Below are positions 22,084 through 35,016 of a stretch of 64,000 nt of DNA, in pieces; the first letter of the stretch is position 1; each line of letters begins with the position of its first letter. The DNA comes from Macrostomum lignano (taxonomy: Eukaryota), in NCBI GenBank assembly GCA_002269645.1, contig NIVC01000413.1:62001-126000 (forward strand), in the 5' to 3' direction. The notes beneath the pieces were generated by a model that was not told the origin of the DNA, searched no databases, and saw only the letters and a list, made by a program, of their open reading frames with translations. The translations under genes were made by a program, and so were the position numbers.

Positions 22084-25000
22084 CTAGCAATCTTCGCCCC
22101 CCGATGGGGGACATCTGGATAGAACTTCTGTTCTCTACAAGTAAAAAAACCCGCCAAATAGAGTCTTCCTAAAGACAACAGAAAAACTGCTCAAATGAAG
22201 CGCAATGCAAAAAGAAAACATCCCAAGACAGCAAACATCCCCCCTCCTCCCAGATAGCAAGCACCCCCAGATAGCAAGCACCCCCAGATAGCAAGCACCC
22301 CCAGATAGCAAGCACCCCCAGATAGCAAGCACCCCCAGATAGCAAGCACCCCCAGATAGCAAGCACCCCCAGATAGCAAGCACCCCCAGATAGCAAGCAC
22401 CCCCAGATAGCAAGCACCCCCAGATAGCAAGCATCCAATTGATAGCAAGTATCTATCCTTAAATAGCAAGCATCCACCAGACAAAAAGAATATGGTGCAA
22501 CATTTCCTTTTAGCTTTCTAAGGGCTCCTTTATGATTGGCATGACGCTTCTTATTACGTTAGAAAATGTCTCTCCTGTGTTTGAAATGGTGGTTATTTTA
22601 TGTTTGAATTGGTGGCTTTTTAATGTTTGGCATGGTGACTCTTTAATGTTCTACATGGTGGCTCTTTAATGTTTGACAATTTATGTTTGTGCCAGTTTTA
22701 TGTTTGTCATGGTGGCTCCTTAATGTTAGAAACGGTGGCTCTTTAATGTTTGACATGGAGTCACATATATGTTTCACATGGTGGCTCTTCTATGTCTAAC
22801 TTGGTAGCTCTTTTATGTTTGACATCGTGGCTCGTTAATGTTCGACATGGTGGCTCTTTAACGTTCGACATGGTGGCTCTTTAATGTTCGACATGGTGGC
22901 TCTTTACTGTTTGACAATGTGGCTCTTTAATGTTTGACATGGTGGCTCTTTAACGTTTGACATGGGGGCGCTTTAATGTTCGACATGGTGGCTCTTTACT
23001 GTTTGACACGAAGGCTTTTAAATGTTTAACATGGTGGCTCTTTAATGTTTCACATGATGCTCTTTAATGTTTTACATGGTGGCTCTTTGATGTTTAACAT
23101 GGTAGCTCTTTAATATTTTACATGGCGGCTCTTTTATGTTCGACATGGTGACTCTTTAATATTCTTCATGTTATAGCTCTTTCATGTTTGACATGGTGGC
23201 TGTTTAATGTTCGAAATGGTGGTTCTTTAATGTTCGAAATGGTGGCTCTTTAATGTTCGAAATGGTGGCTCTTTAATGTTTGACACAAAGTCACATATAT
23301 GTTTGACATGGTGGCTCTTAAATGTTTGACATGGTGGCTCTTTATGTTTGACATAGTGGCTCTTTGATGTTCGAAATAGTGGCTCTTTTATGGTCGACAT
23401 GGTGGCTCTTTAATGTTCGAAATGGTGGCTCTTTAATGTTGGAAATGGTGGCTCCTTAATGTTTGACACAAAGTCACATATATGTTTGACATGGTGGCTC
23501 TTAAATGTTTGACATCGTGGCTCTTTATGTTTGACATGTTGGCTCTTTTATGTTTGACATGGTGGCTGTTTTATGTTTGACATGGTGGCTCTTTAATGTT
23601 CGAAATGGTGGCTCTTTAATGTTTGACACAAAGTCACATATATGTTTGACATGGTGGCTCTTAAATGTTTGACATGGTGGCTCTTTATGTTTGACATGTT
23701 GGCTCTTTTATGTTTGACATGGTGGCTCTTTTATGTTTGACATGGTGGCTCTTTAATGTTCGACAAAGTGGCTCCTAAATGTTTGACATAGTGGCTCTTT
23801 AATGTTTGACAATGTGGCTTTTGAATGTTTGACATGGTGGCTCTTAAATGATAGACATGGTGGCTCTTTTATGTTCGAAATGGTGGCTCTTTAATGTTCA
23901 AAATAGTGGCTCTTTTATGTTCAACATGGTGGCTCTTTAATGTTCGACATGGTGGCTCTTTGATGTACGACATAATGGCTCTTTAATGTTTGACATGGTA
24001 GCTCTGTTATGTTCGACATGGTGGCTCTTCTAGGTTTGACACGAAGGCTCTTAAATGTTTAACATGGTGGCTCTTTAATGTTTCACATGGTGGCTCTTTA
24101 ATGTTTTACATGGCGGCTCTTTTACGTTCGACATGGTGGCTCTTTAATATTCTTCATGTTATAGCTCTTTCATGTTTGACATGGTGGCTCTTTTATGTTC
24201 GAAATGGTGGCTCTTTTTATGTTCAAAATAGTGGCTCTTTTATGTTCGACATGGTCGCTCTTTAATAATCGAAATGGTGGCTCTTTAATGTACGACATAA
24301 TGGCTCTTTAATGTTTGACAATGCGGCTTTTGAATGTTTGACATGGTGGCTCCTTAATCTTTGACATGGTGGCTCTTTAATGTTCGAAATGGTGGCTCTT
24401 TAATGTTCGACATGGTGGCTCTTTAATTTTCTTCATGGTATAGCTCTTTTATGTTAGACATGGTGGCTCTTTAATGTTCGACATAGTGGCTCTTTAATGT
24501 TTTAAATTGTGGCTCTTTAATGTTTGTCATAAAGTCACATATATGTTTGACATGGTGGCTCCTAAATGTTTTACATGGTGGCTCAATATGTTTGACATGG
24601 TGGCTCCTAAACGTTTTACATGGTGGCTCAATATGTTTTACATGGTGGCTCTTTTTTGTTCTACATGGTAACTCTTTTATGTTTGATACGGTGGCTTTTT
24701 AATGTCTGACATGGTACGGCTCTTTAATGTTCTACATGGTGGCCCTTTAATGTTCGACATGGTGGCTCTTTACTTTTAGACATGGTGGCTCTTTAATGTT
24801 CGATATGGTAGCACTTTAATGTTTGACATCATGCCAGATTTATGTTTGACATGGTGGCTCTTTTAGGTTTGACATGGTGGCTCTTTAATGTTAGACATGG
24901 AGGCTCTTTAATGTTCGACATGGTGGCTCTTTAATGTTTGACATGGTGGCTCTTTAATGTTAGACATGGTGGCTTTTTTATGTTTGACATGGTGGCTCTT

Positions 25001-26849
25001 CTATTTTTGACATGGTGGCTCTTTAATGTTTAACATGGTGGTTCTTTAATGTTCGACATGGTGGTTCTTTAATGTTTGACATGGTGGCTCTTTAATGTTC
25101 TACATGGTGGCCCTTTAATGTTCGACATGGTGGCTCTTTTAGGTTTGACATAATGGCTCTTTAATTTTTGACATGGTGGCTCTTTAATGTTCGATATGGT
25201 GGCTTTTTTATGTTAGACATGGTGGCTCTTTTAGGTTTGACATGATGGCACTTTTGTGTTTTGACATGGTGGCTCTTCTATGTTTGACATGGTGGCTCTT
25301 AAATGGTTGCATGGTGGCTCTTAAATGTTTGACATGGTGGCTCTTTTTTGTTCGATATGGTGGCTCTTTTTTGATCTACACGGTAACTCTTTATGTTTGA
25401 TACGGTGGCTTTTTAATGTCTGACATGTTGGCTCTTTTATGTTTGACATGGCGCTCTTTAATGTTCGACAAAGTGGCTCTTTAATGTTTGACATGGTGGC
25501 TCTTAATTTTTTGACATGGTGGCTCTTTAATGTTCGAAATGGTGGCTCTTTAATGTTCGACATGGTGGCTCTTTTACGTTCAACATGGTGGCTCTTTAAT
25601 GTTTGACATGGTGGCTCTTAATTGTTTGACATGGTGGCTCTTTAATGTTCGAAATGGTGGCTCTTTAATGTTCTTCATGGTATAGCTCTTTTATGTTAGA
25701 CATGGTGGCTCTTTAATGTTTGACATAAAGTCACATATATGTTTGACATGGTGGCTCTTAAATGTTTGACATGGTTGCTCCTAAATGTTTGACATGGTGG
25801 CTCTTTAATGTTCAAAATGGTAGCTCTTTAATGTTCGAAATGGTGGCTCTTTAATGTTCGAAATGGTGGCTCTTTAATGTTCGACAAAGTGGCTCTTTAA
25901 TGTTTGACATGGTGGCTCCTAAATGTTTGACATGGTGGCTCTTTAATGTTCGAAATGGTGGCTCTTTATTTTCGACATGGTGGCTCTTAAATGTTTGACA
26001 TTGTGGCTCCTAAATATTTGACATGGTGGCTCTTTAATGTTTAAAATGGTGGCTCTTTAATGTTCAAAATGGTAGCTCTTTAATGTTCGAAATGGTGGCT
26101 CTTTAATGTTCGAAATGGTGGCTCTTTTATGTTCGAAATGGTGGCTCTTTAATGTTCGACATGGTGGCTCTTTAATGTTCGACGTGGTGGCTCTTTAATG
26201 TTTGACAAAGAGTCACGTGTATGTTTTACATGGTGCCCATGTAATGTTTGACATGGTGCCTCTTTTATGTTTGACATTGTGCTTTTTTATGTTTAGCAGT
26301 TTCGTGTTTTCAAGGTGTTTTAATAAAAAAAATATTTTTCACTACTAAGATTCGACACCAGGTCGCTACGTTGGCAGTCCAGTCTGTTCGTATATAGGCT
26401 ATCTCTTTTTAATTGGAGAACATGAATTGTGGCCCTTATAATTCAATTCTTACAGCAAGTCAATTAGAGTAAAAAGTTATGACATAATCAATTTATCAGT
26501 CAGCCAGTACCAGTATCAATTTAAGTTAGCAATATGGTTACTAACGACTACTATGGTTACACACGACTATTAAATAGTCGTGTGTGCATTTCTTTGGCAC
26601 TGTTTTCAACTTGTTGTGATGCAATCTTTATCAGAATCAGAATTCAGCCAGTCAGTTTTTTCTCTAGCATTCTTACAATGGGTTTTAAGTCAAAAATTTT
26701 GCTTGACCTTTGCAAAAAAGCATGTTTTTCGAATATTTAATCCCTTTAATATTGAGCAATTTCTTAGCCAAGATGCATGTACCGTCCCAGGAAAATTTCT
26801 AATCGAATGGTGCATATAGCTACAAACAACTCATTTTTAGTATATAGGA
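22084..26849 (-). mobile_element. Non-autonomous Helitron family A, solo copy A1 (4766 bp)
   Basis: Minus strand reads A|TCCTATATACTAAAAATG ... hairpin CCCCCATCGGGGG ... CTAG|T, i.e. canonical TC/CTAG ends in an AT site; contains a 17-bp array (22240-22450) and a 23-bp array (about 22620-26290). Confidence 0.85.
22620..26290 (+). repeat. 23-bp satellite array (consensus GACATGGTGGCTCTTTAATGTTT) inside Helitron A1; also about 35660-38770, 39830-42990, 48740-49695 and 50200-52100
   Basis: Direct reading; the 23-aa periodic pseudo-ORFs (MSNIKEPPCQTLKSHHVKHKRAT) equal three 23-bp units. Confidence 0.97.
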
Positions 26850-27459
26850 TACTACAAGGCTTAGAGGAAGGCTTACTACATGTATCAGCGAAGGTCGGTG
26901 TAATCTTTTAAATTAGTTATTAATCAATGACTACAACTAGATGAATCCGATTGCCTAATTCAATTGCCTAATCAAAAGAAGTAATTTCGATCGCCTTGGG
27001 ATAGCTTTCAAACTTCAGATCGGATTAATGAGGCGCCATCGGACAGAAACTTGATGAGATTTATTTAACAGTTTTTTTGCATTGCAGTAGTATTCACAGT
27101 CCTAAATTTAGGAACATTAGAGATCAAGTTTTTTAAAGCAGTTGAACACTACGATGGACTATTGCCATCATGAAGTAGTCAAGGACAAGCAAAACAACAC
27201 AAATGGACTATTCTGTAAAATTGGCTGTCTTTATCATAGCTATCCTGTGATGGCGCATTTAATCTCTTCGCCACTTTGCAGAGGCACTTAGCAACCGCAA
27301 CCTTTTGAGTAGTTGAAAAGAAAAAAATCACAACAGAGATTAAACGTACCAGGTAAGTCAACCAAACCAACAAAATTCAAAAGCCAAAGACGCGAATTCA
27401 ACCAGGGGAAATCGATCTTCACTCGAGGTTTCTTTAGTGCCTTTACTGCATGGCTGCAA

Positions 27460-27815
27460 CATAGACCATAGACCAAACACCATAAACCATAGACCACAGA
27501 CCATAGACCATCGACCACAGACCATAGAACATAGACCCCAGACCATAGAACATAGACCCCAGATAATAGAACATAGGCTACAAACCATAGACCATAGACC
27601 ATAGACCATAAACCATAGATCATATTTTACGATAACACATTAGACCACAATGCAGACAGTGTCATATACCATAAACCATAGAACGTAGAACATAAAACAT
27701 AGACCATATAGACCATAGACCATAGACCATGGTGACCGTATAGACCATTGACCATGGACCATAGACCATAGACCATAGACCATAGACCATAAACAATAAA
27801 CCATAAACCATAGAC
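27460..27815 (+). repeat. Degenerate 7-bp repeat (CCATAGA)n just downstream of the GPCR stop codon
   Basis: Direct reading. Confidence 0.9.
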
Positions 27816-27849
27816 ACAATCAACTATAATTCAGATGAGTTAGACCTGA

Positions 27850-29178
27850 TCAAGGCTGATCGGTCAGATGAACAACAGCATCTTCTTGATCAGCCGCGTT
27901 CACAACAGTTTCAGTCCGTCTGGCTTTGCTCCAGCGCAGCTGCAGATTGGCTGCGTCGCTTGCAGATCTGGCTACCACCGAGTGCCGATGCCTGACGCAT
28001 CGCATTGTGACCAAACTGCGAAAGCAGGCCTTAAATTTGGAGCTAATCAGTACTAAACAAATCGGATTGATGGCGCTATTCGCGTATCCTAGCAACAGAG
28101 CTACAGGCAGAAGCGTCGTCACCAGATAGTCCTCGGTAACCGCTGTCGGCACAGGCGTTGCTGGTGTTGTCGGAGTCTCCGAGCTCGAGTTGGCTGCCGC
28201 CTGCCGCAGGTCGATGAGAATGTTCACTACGTGATAGGGCAGCCAGCAGATGGAGAATGCAGCCAGTAGAACCATCACCACTTTGCTGGCCTTCACTCGG
28301 CCCTGGGTCACCGAGTTTTGCCCGGCCTGATCGCGCGAGAAACGGGCGGTGGACACGAGGCGACGGCTGAGCTTCCAGGAGAATACGGACATGGCTAGCA
28401 GAGGCAGCAGGTACAGCAGACCAAATAGACAGACGGTGTAGATGGTCTTGCGACTGGGGTGCTGGTGCCAATGCTCAACGCAGGTGTGCATGGTCACTAG
28501 CCAGAACACCTGAGCCTCTCGGACCTCGTACACCATGGGTATGGGGCTGCACACAAGCAGTGACAGCAGCCAGATGCCCCCCACCCAGAACCCCATGCGG
28601 GTGTTGGTCAGGGCCTCCTTGGCAACCAGAGGGTAGCGCACTACAACGAAGCGTTTCACGGACAGAGAAGCCAAAGACCAGACGCTGACGGAGATGGACA
28701 GGCCCTGGAGGAACGGCGTCAGCTTGCACAGAACGGAGCCGAATATCCACTGCAGGTGCAGGACATTGTAAATTGTCAGCGGTAGGCAGATCAGAAAGAT
28801 CAGCATGTCGCTCAGGGCCAGGCTTAGTAGAAACAGATTGGTTCGAGAGCGCATTCCTGGGAACACGGTGATGCTGAGGATTACCAGGATGTTGCCAATT
28901 AGTCCAATTAGCAGCAGCAGGCATGAGATAACCAGGATAGGTATTTTAAGCATCTCGTTTTTGCTGCTCATTTTCTGTTCGATAAAGTCGCGACAGAATT
29001 GCATATTCTGCCTCACCAGCTCCTCGGTCAGGGTGCACAGGTAGATGCCCAGCATTCGGTCGCTTACTTTCGCATCTGGAGGCAGGAAGCCATCAGAGCC
29101 AAACATGCTGGAGCTGTTGAAGCTCGACCTGCTTTGGTTAGCGGTTGGCATGTCTTCGCCGAGCATGTACTTTTGCAT
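27850..29178 (-). CDS. Class A (rhodopsin-like) neuropeptide-type GPCR, 442 aa, intronless CDS; closest in pattern to the orexin/allatotropin/NPFF/SIFamide receptor group
   Basis: Seven hydrophobic segments; GN (TM1), LALSD (TM2), WIFGSVLCK (ECL1), FLQGLSISVS (TM3), W (TM4), ECL2 Cys, LLP (TM5), CWLPY (TM6), NSAINP (TM7), helix-8 SSKFK. Confidence 0.92.
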   Translation of the reverse strand: MQKYMLGEDMPTANQSRSSFNSSSMFGSDGFLPPDAKVSDRMLGIYLCTLTEELVRQNMQFCRDFIEQKMSSKNEMLKIPILVISCLLLLIGLIGNILVILSITVFPGMRSRTNLFLLSLALSDMLIFLICLPLTIYNVLHLQWIFGSVLCKLTPFLQGLSISVSVWSLASLSVKRFVVVRYPLVAKEALTNTRMGFWVGGIWLLSLLVCSPIPMVYEVREAQVFWLVTMHTCVEHWHQHPSRKTIYTVCLFGLLYLLPLLAMSVFSWKLSRRLVSTARFSRDQAGQNSVTQGRVKASKVVMVLLAAFSICWLPYHVVNILIDLRQAAANSSSETPTTPATPVPTAVTEDYLVTTLLPVALLLGYANSAINPICLVLISSKFKACFRSLVTMRCVRHRHSVVARSASDAANLQLRWSKARRTETVVNAADQEDAVVHLTDQP

Positions 29179-30269
29179 GTAGTAAACGCAGCACCAGGCC
29201 TGATTGTAGTAGAGCCTGAAAGAGGGAGAGAGCAGTTCACGGTCTGACTTTTGTGAACGATTTTTAACTTGTCAGACTGCCGGAGAAAGTTTTACTAAGC
29301 CAGGATTTTCCAATTTCGACGGAATGGACCAACTGGAAAAGCACTTCTCCATCAAATAGAATTATAATTCAAGAGAGAAAATTTAGTCACGCAAACTGAG
29401 CGAAAGAATTCAATTTTCAGATGAAAATTGACATCCCAATGTAACCGGGATTTGATTAAAAGATTTTGATTAAAGAGAAAATTGATTGCAGCTTTTATCA
29501 GTTATTCCTGCTTCTTCCTAGATTTTGCCAGTTAGCGCCTGACTCAGGTAATTCGAATTTAGAAATCGCATTAGTTCAGTAGTCGCGGGAGAAGACCTCA
29601 ACTCAATGGTCTTAGCAATTAGAAGAAGAAGTGAGTTCAGCTTGGTGCTGCCGCGCTGTCAAAGCAACCGGCTCTCGACACCGGCCCTACGCAGCAACTG
29701 TTCGCACGCAATCGCCTCTTGTGACTTCTGTTGCAGAAAAACACGAATCTATACTCGTGCGCTCTGCGTCACTGCAGGCGGGTGGTTTTAAAAGAAAGTC
29801 GCCTAAAAAATAGAATCAAGAGGGAGAAGTACCGACAGCAGGAACACGGAGAGGCTTTCATTAAGAAGAAGAAGAACTCGTAGAAAAAGATGAGATTAGG
29901 AGCTGAATAAATTGAATGCTTCGCTGAGGCACTCCATCCATTCTCGATTGGAACTCTGTCATCCTCCGAGTTCCCGCGCTGGCTTACAAGTCGGAAGAGT
30001 GTGCTGGACCTTGACCAGTGAATAAAGTGGATCGAATTCAAGTGCCAAGAGAGAGAGAGAGAGAGAGAGAGTAAAGAAGTTAAAGAATGATTTTTACTCT
30101 TAAATCAATTATTTTATAGCCAACCTTCTCCTACTTCTCCGAGTGAGGAGATGAAAGAATCGAAGGGTATTGATGATGGAGAGCGGGCGTGTGAGAAACA
30201 GAACTTGGGTAGAATATCTGACCTGAATCGCGTCTTAGATTTAGACAGCGACATGCAGACAGACAGGGG

Positions 30270-30447
30270 AGGAGGAGGCAGGGGAGAAGGAGACAGGGAA
30301 GAGGGAGACAGGAGAGAGGAAAATATAAGAGACGGAGATAGGGGAGAGGGAGACACGGGAGGGGGAGATAGGAAGAGAGAGAGAGAAGAGAGGAGCAGAT
30401 AGGGGAGAGATCGACCAGGGAGGAGGAGACAGGAAGTGAGAGAGAAA

Positions 30448-30497
<50 letters not shown>

Positions 30498-31000
30498 AGG
30501 AGCAGATAGGGGAGAGGGAGACAAGGGAGGAGGAGATAGGGGAGAGGGAGACAAGGGAGAGGGAGACAGCGGAGAGGGAGACAGCGGAGAGGGAGACAGC
30601 GGAGAGGGAGACAGTGAAGAGGGAGACAGCGGAGAGGGAGACAGCGGAGAGGGAGACAGTGAAGAGGGAGACAGCGAAGAGGGAGACAGCGGAGAGGGAG
30701 ACAGCGGAGAGGGAGACAGCGGAGAGGGAGACAGCGGAGAGGGAGACAGCGGAGAGGGAGACAGCGGAGAGGGAGACAGCGGAGAGGGAGACAGCGGAGA
30801 GGGAGACAGCGGAGAGGGAGACAGCGGAGAGGGAGACAGTGAAGAGGGAGACAGCGGAGAGGGAGACAGCGAAGAGGGAGACAGCGGAGAGGGAGACAGC
30901 GGAGAGGGAGACAGCGGAGAGGGAGACAGCGGAGAGGGAGACAGCGGAGAGGGAGACAGCGGAGAGGGAGACAGCAGAGGGGGAGACAGCAGAGGGGGGA
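30270..31000 (+). repeat. Purine-rich tract: (GA)n plus 15-bp minisatellite (GGAGAGGGAGACAGC)n at about 30510-30990; further (GA)n at 30044-30070
   Basis: Direct reading; plus strand is mostly G and A. Confidence 0.95.
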
Positions 31001-31353
31001 TATGGGCGACAAAGGAGAAGAGTAAGGTGCAGAATAGAATTGCCAGACAGCCAAAAGCAGGCAGAAATCCAATCCGCCTTCCCATTAGCACGGAATAGTT
31101 CAAACAAAGAGACAGGCGGCCCAGAAAGCAATATTTGCTCTGACCATATAGCCCTATAGTTAAACCCAGTCAGCCATAATATATCGAATTTCATTAATTC
31201 AAATCGAAAAACATTTCAACTCCCCACGCTCTGGAGTGCTCTGGACCTTTCGGTGAAAGTGAAAATTTGATTATATGAATTAAAAATTCAACAGGTCTAT
31301 CTGACTAGCCACAGAGAGAGAACTGGAATGATTTCATGTACGAGCCTATCGTA

Positions 31354-31720
31354 GGGGCCGTAAACCCGTAGCCCAGTGGTCCAGCGCGGCGTTCTGATGT
31401 GCCAGCGGCCCAGGCTCGATTCCAAGTGCAGTCACATTAATTTGGGATGCATTCGAATCTCGGCTTGGCTCCGCTCCTGCTGTTAACGGCCTTGAGGGAC
31501 AACCCCCAAGGCACTGGGAAGTGTACATGTACATGAACGATAAATAAAGTTAGGGCCGCTGTAAACTCCTGTGTGAGTGTGTGCCTGTGCGTATGACTGC
31601 GTACGTATCCGCGCGCTTGTGTGCCTGCTCAGGGGAGTCGGCGGAATTAGGCAGTAATGGCTCTCGCCGGTTGTGTGACAATGTCGCCTAAAGTGCGCCA
31701 GGGTGCACACAATCCCTCCT
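31354..31720 (+). mobile_element. tRNA-derived SINE (second copy; a headless third copy lies at 32251-32400)
   Basis: A box TAGCCCAGTGG (31369-31379), B box GGCTCGATTCC (31413-31423); body similar to 14200-14400 (minus) and 32251-32400. Confidence 0.65.
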
Positions 31721-32594
31721 GTCTTTTATTTATGTATGCTCGCTGATTGCTAGTTTCAATTCTAAAATTTCCATTAGTTTTTCTACTTACAATAACCATT
31801 GCGTTTCTTTCTACGAGCAGAGACAGCTGAGACAATTGGCAATAATTAGCGATCTTAATTAACTTACCTTTTTTCACTGCAGAATGAATTGCTTGGGTAA
31901 GGCAGCTCCTAGACAGCGCTCTGGTGTGTGGAAGATTTGCCACAGTGTTTATAACAAAACAAGGCAGAAGCTGCAGGGCAGGAACAACTGAAGCCCAGCC
32001 GGGGATTTCGGGAAGCCGCACTGGCTTTAAGCTTCCCCTACCGTTTGGCGATGTCTAGAATTGGCCCTGACAACCAATGAACGAATTCTCCCATATGGGG
32101 AAGAGAGAGGCAGGAAGTTGAATTGGATGGACCGAGTCGGACCGAGGCAAGGACATCTCCAGTTAGAACTTGGAGGTTTCATGGAGTCGGAGCAGCTCAG
32201 TTGTAAACGGTTTGGACTCTCCTGAGACTCCTGCCGATTAGAAAGTGAAAGGGCCGCTGTACAAGCTGTAAATGAGTGCGTGCCTGTGTGCAGTTTTGCT
32301 TTCAGCGCGCTTACATGCATGTGCTCGGGAGTCAGAGGAATTGGCAGAATTGCCTCACCGCTACTTGAAGTAGTTGTGGGACGATGTCGCCAAAAGCGTT
32401 GCTAAAACTTTTCTGCAAATATTTATTTATTAAGGAACTTTAAATGCACACCCACGAGCTTGGCCGTTAATGGCTGGGCATATAAGCTTAGTAAAACAGC
32501 TTTCTACTTTCAGTTCAGTAGCAAAGAAGAATACATAAGCTATTTTACAAAAATATAGGCAGCTGAAATTACTTTGATAAGTTTAGAAGCCCAA

Positions 32595-32633
32595 CTAGCA
32601 ATCTAGCGCCCCCCTTCGGGGTGGCCAATAAGC
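32595..32633 (-). mobile_element. Solo Helitron 3' terminus of the A4 subtype
   Basis: CTAGCAATCTAGCGCCCCCCTTCGGGGTGGCCAATAAG is nearly identical to the A4 end at 43582; CCCC-TTC-GGGG hairpin. Confidence 0.55.
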
Positions 32634-34734
32634 AAGGGACGAATCCTTTAAAATGAAAAGAATTCTTAGGGAGGGGGGCTAGGAATCGAATTCTCATTTT
32701 AATTCCGGCCCTGGGCTTATGTACCAATAAAACATGCTTGTGTAGAATTTAAAAAACTGACAATTCAACCTACTTGCCTTCTTTCAGAGCAATAGCGTAC
32801 TACTTCTGTTGCGGTGCAAGCAGTACGCTCTGCAACGGCTGGAAAAGCAACTACAGCTAAAAAATTTTGTTTCCCAAAGGCCAAAGGCAACAGTTGCCTA
32901 TCATGCAGGGAGTCACTGGCGTTGCACCAATTTTAATGATGTCTGCTCTTAACTGTTTTAACGGTTACATACAAACATTGTGTCGACAATGTTATTGTAT
33001 TTGGAGCCAGTGTGGTTATTTGATAGTGGATATTGCCTAGTACAATGACGTATAATTAATTGGTTTGACTTGCTAAAAGTATTGTTTCCGTAATTTAGAT
33101 TTTGTAATTTTGTACTTTTAAAATTGCGACTCAAATACCAATATTTTCCCACAGCCTAATTTCATTTTAGCTACAGTTCTTTTTTGCAGTTTGCATGTGC
33201 TCCTAACCCTTTTAATCTTTATTCTCTTATACGGTAATTAAAACGAAATTTTATTTTAAGTCACTCGCCACTCAACTCTAGTAAGTTATTTTACGACTTT
33301 GGTTTGACCCATTTTGCAAATCATGCATACAACTTTGAAATACATAGATTCACAGCTCTGGTTAACTGATGCAATATATCTGTGCGACTCCTACACTAAA
33401 TTCTTCATCGACATATTCAACTCCACTTGATTAATTCCTTAACTGCGAAACAAGTGTGTGATTAATGTATAGATTTTTAACGTAAGAAAAACGAACCTGT
33501 GCTTGGGCCGCTTTCACTCTCATTACCCCAGATAATAGGGAATAGGGGGCATAAGCCAGTGTACTTAGCATGTACTGCGCTTTGGAAAAAATTCGACATC
33601 GTTGGCGCCCCAGTAAAGAGGCTTGTTAAAAAATTCTCAACCAAACTTTTCTAGCTGCCTGACAAGACTGTACTATCATATACGCCTACCCATTCCCCCA
33701 GGGGGACACACCAGTGTACTTAGCAACGTACAGTGTCGGAATAACTTCTTCATTTGCGCCCCAGCCGGTGGAGAGGGGCGCAGTCAGTCATTAGCGGAAA
33801 CAAGTACAACAAAGTATATACTACGCTCATAACTACATATACTTAAAGTACATGTAAAACACTGCAACCTGCAGCTACCATATTGATCACACACCCAGAC
33901 CTGTACATTTGAAGCAATCTAACTAACAAAAAATCAGAATGGCTGACAATAAATATTTTAGTATATAAAATTTTCATTCTTCTTGACAGTCACAAATTAG
34001 AGAGCAGTCTCCCATTAATTAGTACTCAATAATCCTTTCCTCTGCGTATTCAGACGAAAACAAGAAAAACTCTGCACTGTAATGTTAATAGCAAATTTAA
34101 AAACGCAATCAAATGCAAGTAGTCATTTTATTTACTCCGTATATTTACAATTGCAAAGTCATAAAAGGATAAGAACTAAGATGTTTTTGCAGAAGGCTTC
34201 GCCAACAAGATGGTACCATAGCACAAATTCTGTTACGAATTTTTCATTGGTGTCAATCTTTCCACTTGTTGGCTTGCTTTAGTCTGCACAGCTGGACAGA
34301 GACATTCACTTGGGGCATGTAAATTTCAGGCATTACTAATGAGCATGTAAGAATAGTTTGCAACCCTCCTCTTTTTGCAACCAGGCTTAGGACTGGCTTC
34401 GGCAGAGTTAAAGCCATCACAACAGACTATCTGGGGTTTGCAAAGGCTGCTTCAAACCCCCTCTGGCTGCATTTGCATGCACGAGGGCCATTCCAAAAGT
34501 TCATGCAATCAGAAAATTTCTCCCACCACAAAAAGCTGCCAATTTGAGCTTCTCTCACCGCACTATTAGACTCTCTGGCCGAACCCCTCAGCAGAATATG
34601 GACAGGATTCTTACTGAACTATCAAGACTAACTCTGGCTCAACCCCTCAATCAGAAAATGAATCAGAATTTAATTTAAATCAAGTCTGGTGCTACGCTTC
34701 CACACTGCATTTTCAATTCAAGTCAGAGTTACAA

Positions 34735-35016
34735 TTCAGTTATGATGCAATCTATTTTAGAATCAGAATTCAACCAGTCAGTTTGTTCTCTAGCATTCTT
34801 ACAATGCATTTCAAGTCGAAAAGTTTGCTTGACCTTTGCAAAAAATCATGTTTTTCAAATATTTAATGCCTTTAGCATCGAGCAATTTCTTAGCCACGAT
34901 GCATGTACAGTCACGGGAAAATTTCTGATCGAACAGTGCAAGTTCGAACAAAATCGGTCCAGCCATTTTTTCTCTAATCGATCACATATATATAGACATC
35001 ACATTTTTAGTATATA
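34735..35016 (-). mobile_element. Truncated Helitron A 5'-end fragment (A4 subtype) starting the tandem array
   Basis: Matches about 47865-48145; ends ..CATTTTTAGTATATA and abuts the CTAG of A2. Confidence 0.8.

Noticed and set aside
22620-26290. CRISPR-like appearance of regularly spaced short repeats (also the 65-bp array at 58237)
   Set aside because: Units are contiguous with no unique spacers, there are no cas genes and the context is eukaryotic
27340-27450. LVDLPG (dynamin/SLIP-GC-like G3 motif) followed by a GT donor on the minus strand
   Set aside because: A single short motif with no compatible downstream exon or other GTPase motifs
30114-31194. SPSPL / EGDSG / AERET repeat ORFs resembling extensin or acidic matrix proteins
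   Set aside because: All six frames are open because of the 15-bp purine repeat; no signal peptide or splice support
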